Origin: Chloroflexota bacterium
Lineage (GTDB): Bacteria > Chloroflexota > UBA11872
DNA length: 64,000 bases
Reading direction: 5' to 3'
Assembly: GCA_965263175.1 (NCBI GenBank)
Contig: OZ253587.1
Coordinates: 1,353,032-1,417,031 of the forward strand
The stretch's first letter is position 1. Each line of letters starts with the position of its first letter. Position numbers and translations under genes: made by a program. Shown piece by piece: positions 16,396-26,549 of this stretch. The notes under the pieces were generated by a model that saw nothing but the letters and a program-made list of their open reading frames with translations, was not told the origin of the DNA and ran no database searches.

Positions 16396-17583
16396 TCAGC
16401 GGCCTTCCGAGCGGCGACGCAGGAACGCCGGAATTTCGATCTCGCTGGACTCGCGCGCCCGGCTGGAGAAGTCCAATTCACGGATGACCGGGCTGCCGGA
16501 GACTCGCGAACTGCGCCGCCGCGCCGGGCGCGCCTCGGCGGCGCCGGTCTGGAATCCAGTTGCGATGACTGTGACCTGCAAGCGGCCTTCCATAGCTTCG
16601 TCGATCACCGTTCCGAAGATGATGTTCGCGTTCGGCTCCGCGGCCTTGGCCACGATGTCCGCGGCTTCGTTCACTTCATGCAGCGTCATGTCCGGGCCGC
16701 CGGTGAAGTTCAGCAACACGCCGCGCGCGCCGTCCACCGAGACGTTGAGCAGCGGGCTGTTGAGGGCTTGCTGCATCGCCTCCGTGGCTCGGTCTTCGCC
16801 CTGGGCTTCACCGATCGCCATCAAGGCGCTGCCGGATTCGGTCATGACCGCGCGCACGTCGTTGAAGTCGAGGTTGATTAGGCCTGGCTGGGTGATCAGG
16901 TCTGACACGCCCTGGATAGCCTGGCGCAAGACGTCGTCGGCCAGGGCAAAGGCCTCGCTCATGGACATCTTGGGGTCGGCCACGGCCAGCAATTGCTGGT
17001 TGGGGATCATCACCAGGGTGTCCACGCGTTCCTGAAGGCTGCGGAGGCCTTCCTCGGCGTAGCGGGCGCGGGTGCTGCCTTCGAAGTCAAAGGGCCGGGT
17101 CACGACGCCGACCGTCAAGGCTCCCGTTTCGCGCGCGAGGTCCGCCACGACCGGCGCGCCGCCGGTCCCGGTGCCGCCGCCCATGCCGGCGGCGATAAAC
17201 ACCATGTCCGCGCCTTCCACGGCTTCGCGGATTTCATCCAGCGACTCCTCAGCCGCCTTCTGCCCCAGCGAGGGCTGGCCGCCGGAGCCCAAGCCGCGCG
17301 TTGCTTTGTCGCCGACGCGGATGCGCGTGGGTGCGTTGGAGCGTACGAGTGCCTGGGCGTCTGTATTAATCGCGATGAAGTCAACGCCCTGTACATGTTC
17401 GTCGATCATGCGGTCCACGGCGTTGCTGCCGCCGCCGCCGATCCCCACGACCTTCAGTTCGGCCAGGGAGTCGCCGCCCATGGCCTGTCGCGGCTCGCGC
17501 TCCGCCGCGCCGGGCCGCGCTTCGCGATCCGTTCTCGTCAGCCGCGTGATTCGACTTCCACCGCGGCCATCATTCTCGGCCAT
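16396..17583 (-). CDS. ftsZ: Cell division GTPase FtsZ with an Arg-rich ~45-aa N-terminal extension
   Basis: VVGIGGGGSNAV, GMGGGTGTGGAPVVA, NLDFNDV. ATG at 17583 lies behind AAGGGTGA; the track start is GTG at 17589. Confidence 0.9.
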   Translation of the reverse strand: MAENDGRGGSRITRLTRTDREARPGAAEREPRQAMGGDSLAELKVVGIGGGGSNAVDRMIDEHVQGVDFIAINTDAQALVRSNAPTRIRVGDKATRGLGSGGQPSLGQKAAEESLDEIREAVEGADMVFIAAGMGGGTGTGGAPVVADLARETGALTVGVVTRPFDFEGSTRARYAEEGLRSLQERVDTLVMIPNQQLLAVADPKMSMSEAFALADDVLRQAIQGVSDLITQPGLINLDFNDVRAVMTESGSALMAIGEAQGEDRATEAMQQALNSPLLNVSVDGARGVLLNFTGGPDMTLHEVNEAADIVAKAAEPNANIIFGTVIDEAMEGRLQVTVIATGFQTGAAEARPARRRSSRVSGSPVIRELDFSSRARESSEIEIPAFLRRRSEGR

Positions 17584-17693
17584 GACCACTCACCCTTTCG
17601 AGGCGCGCCAGCACAGGACGGCCAGACCGCTCACGAGGCAATGCCACAACGGTGATCCCATTATGCCGAAGCTCAATCATGGCGGGGCGCCAT

Positions 17694-18938
17694 TCAATGG
17701 ACCGTCGGTGAGACGACCGATCGCATCCATTCGCCCAGCCGGTCCAGAACGCCTTCGCGCCTGCGGCGTGCGGCCGGGACCCAGCCTTCCGCTTCTTCGC
17801 CCGTGGCGGCCATGAGGAGCAAACCGACGCCGGTGCTGAATTCAGGTTCGCGGAGGTTCTCGCCCAGTCCCCAGAGCGCTCGTGGGCGTCCTATGGCGAC
17901 CGGCATGTGCAGGATCTCCGTGGCCATGGATGGGAGACCAGCCATGCGCGAACCGCCTCCCGTGAGCACGGCGCCTGCCGGGAGGAGGTCGTAGTAGCCG
18001 CTACGCGTGATCTCGTCGCGTACGAGGTGCAGCAACTCCTCTACTCGGGCGGTGATGACCTCCGACAGATTACCCCGGCGCAGGGCCACGGGCGCGCCGT
18101 GGTCAAAGCCGGGCACGGTAACCGTTGCGTTGTCCTGGGATGGCAGCCCCACTTCGCCATGCCTAATTTTTAGGGCCTCGGCAATTTTGGTCGGTAGCCG
18201 CAGCCCACGCGCAATGTCCGCGGTGACCAGCGCGCCGCCGAGCGGGATGACGGCGATGTGCCAGCAGGCGTCATCCACGAAGAGGGCAACGTCGGTGGTT
18301 CCACCCCCGATATCGATCAGCACAACTCCCTCACGCCGCTGCTCGGGCGTGAGGCAGGCACGCGCCGAAGCCAGTGGCTGCAGCACCCGACCGTGCGTTG
18401 ACAAGCCGGCCTGGTCCACGCAGTGCTCTAAGTTCGCCATTGCGTTGGTGGCGCCAGTAATCACATGAGCTTCAACGGACAGCCGGCGCGCGGTCAGACC
18501 GCGTGGATCCAGTACATCGGTGAGGTGATCGGTTGCGAAGGTCTTGGGGATGACGGCCACGACCTCCCGGTCCGCGGCCAGATTCAACATGGTTGCGCCG
18601 CGAACCACGGCCCCAACATGACGCTCGCGAACCTCGCGCTCGTCGGAGGGCAGATGCACTTCCCCGTGTTGGCTGTGCGATTGCAGGTGGCCGCCGGCTA
18701 TCCCGGTCACGACCTGCGAGGCTCGCACCTGCGCCGCCTTCTCGGCTCGGTGAATTGCTTCGTCGATGGCTTTGACCGTCAGCACGACGTCAACGACCTG
18801 GCCGCCCTTGAGTCCATAGGACGGAGCAGTACCTACGCCGAGAATATGCAGTTGCGTGCCGCGGTAGTCCTGCCCAATCACGGCGCAGGTCTTTGTGGTG
18901 CCAACGTCCAGCCCGACGAAGGTTCGGTTGCGGCTCAT
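17694..18938 (-). CDS. ftsA: Cell division protein FtsA (actin-like ATPase)
   Basis: FVGLDVGTTKT...LIDIGGGTTD... Confidence 0.9.
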   Translation of the reverse strand: MSRNRTFVGLDVGTTKTCAVIGQDYRGTQLHILGVGTAPSYGLKGGQVVDVVLTVKAIDEAIHRAEKAAQVRASQVVTGIAGGHLQSHSQHGEVHLPSDEREVRERHVGAVVRGATMLNLAADREVVAVIPKTFATDHLTDVLDPRGLTARRLSVEAHVITGATNAMANLEHCVDQAGLSTHGRVLQPLASARACLTPEQRREGVVLIDIGGGTTDVALFVDDACWHIAVIPLGGALVTADIARGLRLPTKIAEALKIRHGEVGLPSQDNATVTVPGFDHGAPVALRRGNLSEVITARVEELLHLVRDEITRSGYYDLLPAGAVLTGGGSRMAGLPSMATEILHMPVAIGRPRALWGLGENLREPEFSTGVGLLLMAATGEEAEGWVPAARRRREGVLDRLGEWMRSVVSPTVH

Positions 18939-18993
18939 GCCCCTGACTTCCGAGCTGTATCGTGCCCCAGAAGCGACAGATTACATAACACGA

Positions 18994-19764
18994 CTAGGGT
19001 GCCCGCGGGTCAAGCGATGTGGTGAGCGCCGGGGCGTCAACCGTGCGGTACGTGGGTCGCTCGATTGGTCGCAGGTCGACGCTGGCAATGCGCTCGCCCA
19101 GCCGGTTCGCCTGCTCGAGCACGGCGTGCAAGGCGACGAGCTTTGCGTCGAGGTGCGCGGTGTCGCCAAAGTCAAGCTCCCGCCCGGCGTGGTCAACCAC
19201 GGTCAGTCCGCCGACCGAGTAACGAATGCGGCTGGGAATGACCCGCAGCAGCGGAAGGTTGCTCTGCAGCTGATGGGCCGCATACAGCGCTCCCACGTTG
19301 ACCTGGTCTCCCGGGGTCAAACTGTGAGGCGACTCATCCTCGATCGTGAGCGCTACATCCGGCTCAAATTGCTCCGCAAGGACCTCGCCGGACGCATTAA
19401 CAAGGAAGCTTTGTCCGTTGACCACCCAGTTCGCGACCGGCGCCTCATAGGCGACGGTGACTGTGGCCCGTCCGTCAATCCCGACTTGCACGAGCGCGTC
19501 GGCTACCCCCGGCAACTCCGCGATTTGCTGCTGCAGCGCCGTGGTGTCGATGCGAAACACGTTCTCTCCCACCAGGAGGAGCGCGGCAGCCTCGATGCTG
19601 GCTGGATCCACCGCCGGAGGGGGCGACGAATCGGCCCGATGTACGCTGACGTCTCGAATGTTGAATACCGGCGAATTAAGCAACCAGATCAGGACACCCG
19701 CCGCGAATGCCGCAATCACCAGTGACAGCACCTTGGTAAACAGGCTGGCGCGTAGCTCAGTCAT
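18994..19764 (-). CDS. ftsQ: Cell division protein FtsQ/DivIB (POTRA)
   Basis: An N-terminal TM segment followed by POTRA; position between murB and ftsA; ATGA overlap with murB. Confidence 0.8.
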   Translation of the reverse strand: MTELRASLFTKVLSLVIAAFAAGVLIWLLNSPVFNIRDVSVHRADSSPPPAVDPASIEAAALLLVGENVFRIDTTALQQQIAELPGVADALVQVGIDGRATVTVAYEAPVANWVVNGQSFLVNASGEVLAEQFEPDVALTIEDESPHSLTPGDQVNVGALYAAHQLQSNLPLLRVIPSRIRYSVGGLTVVDHAGRELDFGDTAHLDAKLVALHAVLEQANRLGERIASVDLRPIERPTYRTVDAPALTTSLDPRAP

Positions 19765-20684
19765 GAGAACAACGCCTGCGCGTGGCTGTTCCAGCGGCCC
19801 AGCAAGCGAACTTCAGGTGTCAGGCGTACGCCCGTGGCCTCGGCTACGCGTTCGCGCACGACAATGGCGAGGTCCAGGACTTCCCGGGCCGTACTGCCCG
19901 GTCGGGCCGAGAGAAAGTTGGCGTGGATTGGCGATACAAAGGCCCCACCAAGTTTCTGACCCTTCAGCCCGGTGGTCTCAATCAAGCGCCCCGCGTAGTC
20001 GCCTTTCGGGTTCATAAAGAACGACCCGGCGTTCTGTCCCTGCGGCTGTGTGGCGCGTCGCTGCCGGGCCAGCGTCAGCAGCTCGCGGCGAAGCACGGCT
20101 GGATCTTCGGGTTCGACTCGAAACGTGGCTGCCAGCACGACTGGACTGGTTTCATCGTCGTGGAGGTTGCTTCGCCGATAGGCGAAGTCGAACTCGCGTG
20201 CCAGGATCTCGCGTTCCAGGCTGGGTCGCCAGACCAGGGCCGATTCCAGCACAGCGGCGACGTCAGACCCGAAGGCGCCCGCGTTGCCGCACACGGCGCC
20301 GCCAACGGTGCCAGGGACTCCGATTGCAAAGGACAGGCCACCAAGGCCCAGGCGCGCACAGCGCCCCGCCATGCGCGCCATGCTGTGGCCGGAAGCTACC
20401 CGCACGCGTGCGCTGGCGCCGTGCGGCGCGAAGTCCATGCAGCGGTTGTCGATCACCAGGCCTTCGATGCCAGCGTCGGCCACCAGCGTGTTGGTGCCGT
20501 GCCCCATGACTACTCGTGGAATGCCCAGCCAGTCGGCTGTCTGCAGGGCCAGACGCAGCGCGTCCAGGCTGCGCACTTCAACCCAGTAATCGGCCGGTCC
20601 CCCAACGCCGAGCGACGTGTGTCGAGCCATCGGCTCCTGGGCACGAACCCGGAGCCTGGAGGGAAACCGCGCCGCGAAGCTCAT
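19761..20684 (-). CDS. murB: UDP-N-acetylenolpyruvoylglucosamine reductase
   Basis: ...TSLGVGGPADY... FAD-binding fold; ATGA coupling to murC. Confidence 0.85.
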   Translation of the reverse strand: MSFAARFPSRLRVRAQEPMARHTSLGVGGPADYWVEVRSLDALRLALQTADWLGIPRVVMGHGTNTLVADAGIEGLVIDNRCMDFAPHGASARVRVASGHSMARMAGRCARLGLGGLSFAIGVPGTVGGAVCGNAGAFGSDVAAVLESALVWRPSLEREILAREFDFAYRRSNLHDDETSPVVLAATFRVEPEDPAVLRRELLTLARQRRATQPQGQNAGSFFMNPKGDYAGRLIETTGLKGQKLGGAFVSPIHANFLSARPGSTAREVLDLAIVVRERVAEATGVRLTPEVRLLGRWNSHAQALFS

Positions 20685-22069
20685 GCGGCCGTTCGCTGCG
20701 CAATGCTCGCCGCTAGCCGCTTAGCCAATGGAGTCACGGACTCGGGCCCCATGACCAGGACAAGGTCACCCTCCCGAGCCTCTGCAAGTACACGGTCGAA
20801 AATTGCATCGAAGCTGGGCAGTGCCATTGCGTTGGGGTGCCGCACGGCGGCGGCCAGGTCTGTCGAGCTGATTCCGCCAGGCGCCTCACGCCCCGGCGGT
20901 GAGTAGATTTCCGCCAGCAGCAGTTGATCGGCGTCGCCAAACGCGTCCAGGAAGTCTTCGAAGAGATCCCGCGTCCGCGACTGGAGCAGCGGCTGGTAGA
21001 TCGCGAGTACTCGGTTCGGCTTCAGTTCACGCACGGCTTGAAGGCTGGCGCGTACCGCGGTTGGGTGGTGCGCGTAGTCCTCGAAGAGGGAAACGCCATG
21101 TGCGTTCGCGCGTAGTTGCAGGCGGCGTTCGGCGCCGCTGTAGCTTTCCAATGCTCGCGCGGCTTCGGTCGGGTCGACCCCCGCCAGCGTCGCGGCCGCC
21201 AACGCCGCCAGCGCGTTCAAGGCGTTGTGGCGTCCCGGCATCGGTAGGTTCAGCACCAGCTGCCCGCGAGGGCCCGATATGTCGAGCGTTGGGCCGGAAA
21301 TGCCTGCGCTGTAGTGCTCAATTCGCCAGTCGCCGCCCGGACCAAACCAAATCAAGTTACCGGCGTGTCGCTCGGCCACCTTCCGCAGCAGCGGCACGTC
21401 GCGTCGAGCGACGAGTGTGGTGTTGGTGGGCAATTGGTCGACGAACTGCTCGAAGGCCGCAACCATGCGATCGACGCTGCCGAAGTGGTCCAGATGGTCC
21501 GGTTCCAGATGCGTCAACACGGCCACCCGGGGTCGGTAGGCCAGGAAGGCGTCGTCGAACTCGTCGGCTTCCAGCACCATCCAGGCCCCGGCGCCGATCC
21601 GCCCATTCACGCCGCCCAGCGATGGAATATCGGCGCCAATGAGAAATGAGGGCGCCAGACCGGCGCCGTGCAAGATGGTGGCAGTCAGTGCTGACGTCGT
21701 GGTCTTTCCATGTGTGCCGGCAATGGCAATCCCGCGGCGGGTATTGAACAGGGCCGCGACGGCTTCGGCGCGGGTACCAACCGGTGCGCCGGCGGTACGG
21801 GCGGCCGCCAGCTCCGGGTTGTCCGACGGAATGGCCGATGAATGAATCACGATGTCGGCGCCCGCGATGTGGGCGGCGTTGTGGCCAACCGCGATACGTG
21901 CCCCGCGGCTTTGCAGGCGGTCCGCCTGGGGCGAACGTTTGAGATCGCTGCCGCTCACGGTCTTGCCGAGGTCAAGCAGAGCCGCGCCGATGCCGCTCAT
22001 GCCCTTGCCCCCAATGCCCACGATGTGGACGTGTCGGACCGAGGGGGCGGTGACCTGCGGCGACATCAT
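20681..22069 (-). CDS. murC: UDP-N-acetylmuramate--L-alanine ligase
   Basis: HIVGIGGKGMSGIA..., GTHGKTTT. Confidence 0.9.
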   Translation of the reverse strand: MMSPQVTAPSVRHVHIVGIGGKGMSGIGAALLDLGKTVSGSDLKRSPQADRLQSRGARIAVGHNAAHIAGADIVIHSSAIPSDNPELAAARTAGAPVGTRAEAVAALFNTRRGIAIAGTHGKTTTSALTATILHGAGLAPSFLIGADIPSLGGVNGRIGAGAWMVLEADEFDDAFLAYRPRVAVLTHLEPDHLDHFGSVDRMVAAFEQFVDQLPTNTTLVARRDVPLLRKVAERHAGNLIWFGPGGDWRIEHYSAGISGPTLDISGPRGQLVLNLPMPGRHNALNALAALAAATLAGVDPTEAARALESYSGAERRLQLRANAHGVSLFEDYAHHPTAVRASLQAVRELKPNRVLAIYQPLLQSRTRDLFEDFLDAFGDADQLLLAEIYSPPGREAPGGISSTDLAAAVRHPNAMALPSFDAIFDRVLAEAREGDLVLVMGPESVTPLAKRLAASIAQRTAA

Positions 22070-23184
22070 GCGTCGGCCGTTGTGGGCTGGCCCGCGAGGC
22101 CCAGGCCAATTTGCGCTATCCGGGCCGCCGCGTGCGGCCGCCCGCGCGACCGCGAGGCGGCGCCGATGGCGCGCAAGCGTTCGGGATCGTCCAGCAGCTC
22201 CAGCAGGGCGTCCACCAGGCGCCCGGACGCCAGGGCGGACTCTGGAAGCATCAGGGCCGCGCCAGCCGCAGCCATGGCCCGGGCGGTTGCAATCTGATGC
22301 CCCGCGCCGAACGTGCCGGGGATGAGCACGGCGGCGGTTCCAACAGCGCTCAACTCCGCCACCGACGTAGCGCCGGCGCGACTCACCACAATGTCCGCCG
22401 CGGCCAACAGGTCGGCAAAGCCGCGTTGGATGAAGTCGTGCAGGTGGTACCGCGATCGCAGCGCTTCGGGCAGACGGTCGCGTTCGGCCGTGAGGGGTTG
22501 ATAGTCGCGTTGCCCGCTCACATGCACTACGTGGGCCTTTTTGAGCAGGCGCTCCAGGTCCGCACGCAGAGCCTCATTGATTGCATGTGAACCCTGGCTG
22601 CCTCCCATCACGACGATCAGGGTGTGATCGCTGGGTACCCCGACCGCCGCGCGACCGGCTGTGGCATCGGGCGCGGCGAACGAGCCCCGAACCGGATACC
22701 CGGCCAGTTCGACCGGGGCGCGCCATATCTGACCGCGCGCTTCCTCGAAGGCAATGGTCGCCGCCGAAGTTAGCGGGGCCATCACGCGCGTAGCCCACCC
22801 CAACGCCGCGTCGCCAGAAAAGATCACGGACGGAATGCGGCGCAACCAGCTCACCAGCAGCACGGGAGCGCTGACGTAGCCGCCGCTGGCGATCACTGCG
22901 TCTGGGCGCCGCTTGCTGAAGTCGCGCCAAATGGACAGGAGCGACCGAATGAGCAGCCAAGCCCGCCACGGCAGCTGCCACCAGGCGACACCCACAATGC
23001 CGCGGGCCGGCAAGGAGAGAACTTGGAGGTCAACATCGCGGTAGAGCAGCCGATCCAGTTCACGGGACCCGCACACGGCGGTGAGATCGGCGCCCGTCCC
23101 CGTCAGCGTGGCGAGCTGACGAGCGACGGCGATCGTCGGAAAGATGTGGCCGGCGGTGCCGCCGCCGACGAGCACCAGCTTCAT
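22066..23184 (-). CDS. murG: UDP-GlcNAc:lipid I GlcNAc transferase
   Basis: MKLVLVGGGTAGHIFP... The ATG at 23184 overlaps the ftsW stop as ATGA. The track ORF (to 23736) is an in-frame 5' extension reading through ftsW. Confidence 0.85.
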   Translation of the reverse strand: MKLVLVGGGTAGHIFPTIAVARQLATLTGTGADLTAVCGSRELDRLLYRDVDLQVLSLPARGIVGVAWWQLPWRAWLLIRSLLSIWRDFSKRRPDAVIASGGYVSAPVLLVSWLRRIPSVIFSGDAALGWATRVMAPLTSAATIAFEEARGQIWRAPVELAGYPVRGSFAAPDATAGRAAVGVPSDHTLIVVMGGSQGSHAINEALRADLERLLKKAHVVHVSGQRDYQPLTAERDRLPEALRSRYHLHDFIQRGFADLLAAADIVVSRAGATSVAELSAVGTAAVLIPGTFGAGHQIATARAMAAAGAALMLPESALASGRLVDALLELLDDPERLRAIGAASRSRGRPHAAARIAQIGLGLAGQPTTADA

Positions 23185-24323
23185 GGGCTTCGCCCCAGGT
23201 CGGATTGTCGGGCGATGTTCATGAGAATGCCCATCATGATCATCGAGACGAGAAGCGATGAGCCGCCACGGCTGATAAAGGGCAACGTGATGCCCGTTAC
23301 GGGTATCAGGCCCGTCACAACCGCCATGTTGACGAACGCCTGAAAGCACAGTTGCGTCACGATGCCAATGGCCAGCATTCGGCCAAACACGTCGTCGGTG
23401 GCGGCGGCGATCTGAATCCCGCGTACGAACAGCGCAAGAAACAGGACCAGCACCAAGCCTGTTCCGACCAGGCCGAATTCCTCCCCGAGAACCGCAAAAA
23501 CCGCATCTGAGTCCGGGATTGGCAGCCGAAACTTCTGCGTGCCCAGGCCGAGCCCGCGACCGGTGATGCCACCCGAACCCATGGCAATCTGGGCCTGCGC
23601 CGCCTGATAGCCGGTTCGGTTGATGTCCGGGTCGCCGCTGAGAAACGTCAGGAGGCGCTCGCGCTGATAGGCATTCTGGGTCAGCGAGACGAGGGCGATG
23701 GGCACCAGCGCAGCAAAACCGAGCAGCAGGTGCCACACGCGGGCGCCCGCAGCAAAGATCATCACGAGACCCACAAACGCAATGGTGATGGTTGCGCCCA
23801 AGTCCGGCTCGAGCACGATCGGAAGCACCACCAGGGCGACGACGCCACCCAGGTAAATGACGGACACCCGCAGCTGGCGGATTCGTCCACCGTAGTGATG
23901 GGCCAGCGCGGCCAGCATCACCACCATCGCAATCTTTGCGAACTCGCTCGGTTGCACAGTCAGATCGGCCACGCGAAACCAGCGCCGTGCCGCAAAGAGA
24001 CTGGTGGCGTCTTCAACGAAGAGGACGGCCACCAGGGCGATCAAGACTCCCAGGAAGGCCACCGGCGCAATCCGCGCATAGCGTCGGTAGTTCACGGCAC
24101 TAAGCGCCAGCGCCAGCACCACACCAACACCGGCAAACACCATCTGCTGGACAGATACGCGCTCAAACACCGAGTCACCGCCGAGTGCCGCGGGTACACG
24201 CGCGCTCGCCACGAGCACAACGCCACCAAGCGGCAGGATGAACGTCAGCATCAATAGGTATGGGTCTCGCGCCGGCCAACGAGGAAGCCTGTAGGCCAGC
24301 CAGCCGCCAGTCGTCGCGCTCAT
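23181..24323 (-). CDS. ftsW: SEDS-family peptidoglycan glycosyltransferase FtsW
   Basis: A 10-TM SEDS pattern with ...PEFAKI..., ...GSGG...GRG.GLG.Q., FISRGGSS. Confidence 0.9.
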   Translation of the reverse strand: MSATTGGWLAYRLPRWPARDPYLLMLTFILPLGGVVLVASARVPAALGGDSVFERVSVQQMVFAGVGVVLALALSAVNYRRYARIAPVAFLGVLIALVAVLFVEDATSLFAARRWFRVADLTVQPSEFAKIAMVVMLAALAHHYGGRIRQLRVSVIYLGGVVALVVLPIVLEPDLGATITIAFVGLVMIFAAGARVWHLLLGFAALVPIALVSLTQNAYQRERLLTFLSGDPDINRTGYQAAQAQIAMGSGGITGRGLGLGTQKFRLPIPDSDAVFAVLGEEFGLVGTGLVLVLFLALFVRGIQIAAATDDVFGRMLAIGIVTQLCFQAFVNMAVVTGLIPVTGITLPFISRGGSSLLVSMIMMGILMNIARQSDLGRSP

Positions 24324-26113
24324 GCTTGGCGTGTGCGCGGGGGGACCCGAAGATGCGCGAAAACCCGGCTCATTGCCCGCGCAAAGGTGGGCGATGCCAC
24401 ATGCGAACCATAGAACGCGGTCTGCGGCCGTTCAATCACGACCAGGGCGAGCACCCTAGGGAGTTCCAGGGGTCCGAAACCGACGTACGACGCGATGGAC
24501 GTGTCTTCGAGAAACCGACCTCTTGATTCGATCTGCGACGTTCCCGTTTTGCCAGCAGTTCGGTAGCCCGGGATTTGTGCAAGGTTGCCCACCACGCCTG
24601 ATTCAGCAGCTTCCATCATCTTGATGAGCGTCTGGGCTGTTTCGCGCGAAACAACTCGGCGTATGGGGTGCGACTCAATCGCCTCTCGGCGTCCGTCGGC
24701 GCGGGTGACCGCGCGAGCAACGTGCGGTCGCATCATCAGACCGTCATTCGCAATGGCCCCAACCGCAGTCGCCAGCTGCAGCGGTGTGACTGAAATGCCC
24801 TGGCCGAACGAATTGGAGGCTAAATCGGGCAGAAACCAGCTTTGGTCACCGCGCCGCCGAACAATGCCCGGCACTTCGCCGGCCAGGTCGACACCTGTTC
24901 GCGTGCCAAAGCCAAAGCGCGTGATGTACTCGTAGAAGGTGTCGGCGCCAATCGTGTCGGCGACGAAGATCGTGCCCGTGTTGCTGGAGTGCTGGAGCAC
25001 GCTGACCATCGTCTGACTCGGGTACGTGCGCTCATCCCAGTTCCTGAATTCCTGCCCGAAGTAGTTCACGGTTCCCGGAAGGTTGTGGGTGGTCTCGGGC
25101 CGCACGGCGCCGACGTCGAGCCCGGCGGCCATCGTCACAAGCTTGAAGGTGCTGCCCGGCTCATAAATCAGGCTGCACGCCCGGTTGGCGAACTCGGGGC
25201 CAAACTCGCGGTAGGTGTGAACGCGGCCAGGGTCGAAGGTTGGTCGGTTGGCGAGGCCCAGCAGTTCGCCGGTCCGAGGATTGGTAATCAGGATCGTGCC
25301 GGCCGTCGCCCCAAATTGCTCAAGTGCGGCCTCGAGTTCCTGCTCGGCGATGTGCTGGATCGTGCGATCGATCGAAAGCGACACGTGCGCCCCGTGGCGC
25401 GGCGGCTGGAGCGCGAAGCGGCCGATCGGAATACGGCGGCCGAGGCGGTCGATATCGGAGCTGACAAGCCCCGATTGGCCGCCCAGCACGTCGTTGTACC
25501 AGGCTTCAACGCCTGCCTGGCCCACGACATCGCCCGGACGGGCCGCACCTTCGCCAACAAACCCCAGCACGTGCGCGGCCAGCTCCTGGTTGGGGTAGAC
25601 GCGCACCCGATCAGGGTCCAGGCGTACTCCGGGCAATTGCCCTGCCTGGATCGCCTCGTCCACAGCCCTCGCCGGATCGCCAATCAGACCCCGCGCGACT
25701 TCCGCGTACCGCAGCTTTGGATTGCCCAGACGTTCCGCCACCCTGGCCGTGTCGAGGTCCAGCAGCCCGCTCAACCGGTCGGCGACCTCAAATGGGTCAG
25801 CGGACTCGTGGATGGCCAGAGGGTCAGCCACCACTCGCACCGCGCCCCGACTGATGGCCAAGACATCGTCGTCGCGGTCCAAAATGTTGCCGCGCCGAGG
25901 GTTGATCTCGCTTCGAGTCAGCAGAGCGCTTGCGCCGCGCGCCGACAGTTCGGCGGACTGTTGGACGTGCCAGTCGAACAGACGCCAGCCCAGGACGCTG
26001 GCGGCCGCCATGGCGCCGCCGAGCATGACGACGAGGCGCCGCGAGGGGTCCGGCGGTTCGCCCCTGTCGGTCGAGGAGCGGCGGTTACTCGGCAAGCCGG
26101 GTAATTCGCGCAC
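24320..26113 (-). CDS. ftsI: Penicillin-binding protein (class B transpeptidase, FtsI/PBP2-like)
   Basis: An N-terminal TM segment, a dimerisation domain, then transpeptidase motifs (STFK, SSN, KTGT). Confidence 0.85.
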   Translation of the reverse strand: MRELPGLPSNRRSSTDRGEPPDPSRRLVVMLGGAMAAASVLGWRLFDWHVQQSAELSARGASALLTRSEINPRRGNILDRDDDVLAISRGAVRVVADPLAIHESADPFEVADRLSGLLDLDTARVAERLGNPKLRYAEVARGLIGDPARAVDEAIQAGQLPGVRLDPDRVRVYPNQELAAHVLGFVGEGAARPGDVVGQAGVEAWYNDVLGGQSGLVSSDIDRLGRRIPIGRFALQPPRHGAHVSLSIDRTIQHIAEQELEAALEQFGATAGTILITNPRTGELLGLANRPTFDPGRVHTYREFGPEFANRACSLIYEPGSTFKLVTMAAGLDVGAVRPETTHNLPGTVNYFGQEFRNWDERTYPSQTMVSVLQHSSNTGTIFVADTIGADTFYEYITRFGFGTRTGVDLAGEVPGIVRRRGDQSWFLPDLASNSFGQGISVTPLQLATAVGAIANDGLMMRPHVARAVTRADGRREAIESHPIRRVVSRETAQTLIKMMEAAESGVVGNLAQIPGYRTAGKTGTSQIESRGRFLEDTSIASYVGFGPLELPRVLALVVIERPQTAFYGSHVASPTFARAMSRVFAHLRVPPRTRQA

Positions 26114-26549
26114 TGATCTCTCGGATCACAGCTTCCCACCAGGGGGGCTCAACGAGCGGTTGCGTTGGCGCGGCCCACAGCGGGAGGCCGAATGAGACAC
26201 CCGGCGGCAGCGGTTGTGCCCGCGTAAACGCCGGCTTACGGGCTTGGCGCATGTTGAGCTCGGTGAACGCGACGCGCTGGACTCTGGACAAGTCGTTGCG
26301 CACGGCCAACTCGGCGAGGATTCGTTGCCGCTCCAGTTCAACTGTTTCAAGTTGGCGTTCCAGCCGCTGTATCTCCCCGCCAAGCCGTACCAGGGTCTGG
26401 GTCTGCTGGACCCACACCATGGCCAGCACAAATGCCGCGATGATGACCACCAGGACCAGCCGCGAAAGTGGAATGGCTGTTGGCAGCCAGCGCGGGACCC
26501 GAGCCGGCCAGATCGTGTCGCGCCGCAGTGGTTCCTGAAGGAGAGCCAT
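26085..26549 (-). CDS. ftsL: FtsL-like septum formation initiator (TM plus coiled coil)
   Basis: Position between rsmH and ftsI; a TM helix followed by a leucine-zipper-like coiled coil. Confidence 0.6.
   Translation of the reverse strand: MALLQEPLRRDTIWPARVPRWLPTAIPLSRLVLVVIIAAFVLAMVWVQQTQTLVRLGGEIQRLERQLETVELERQRILAELAVRNDLSRVQRVAFTELNMRQARKPAFTRAQPLPPGVSFGLPLWAAPTQPLVEPPWWEAVIREISARITRLAE

Noticed and set aside
22066-23736. 556-aa version of murG in the track
   Set aside because: Its first 184 codons read through ftsW in another frame and are Arg/His-rich nonsense. MurG's conserved N-terminus MKLVLVGGGTAGH starts at the ATG overlapping the ftsW stop.
24842-26104. 420-aa plus-strand ORF
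   Set aside because: Antisense to the ftsI/PBP gene, which has transpeptidase motifs.
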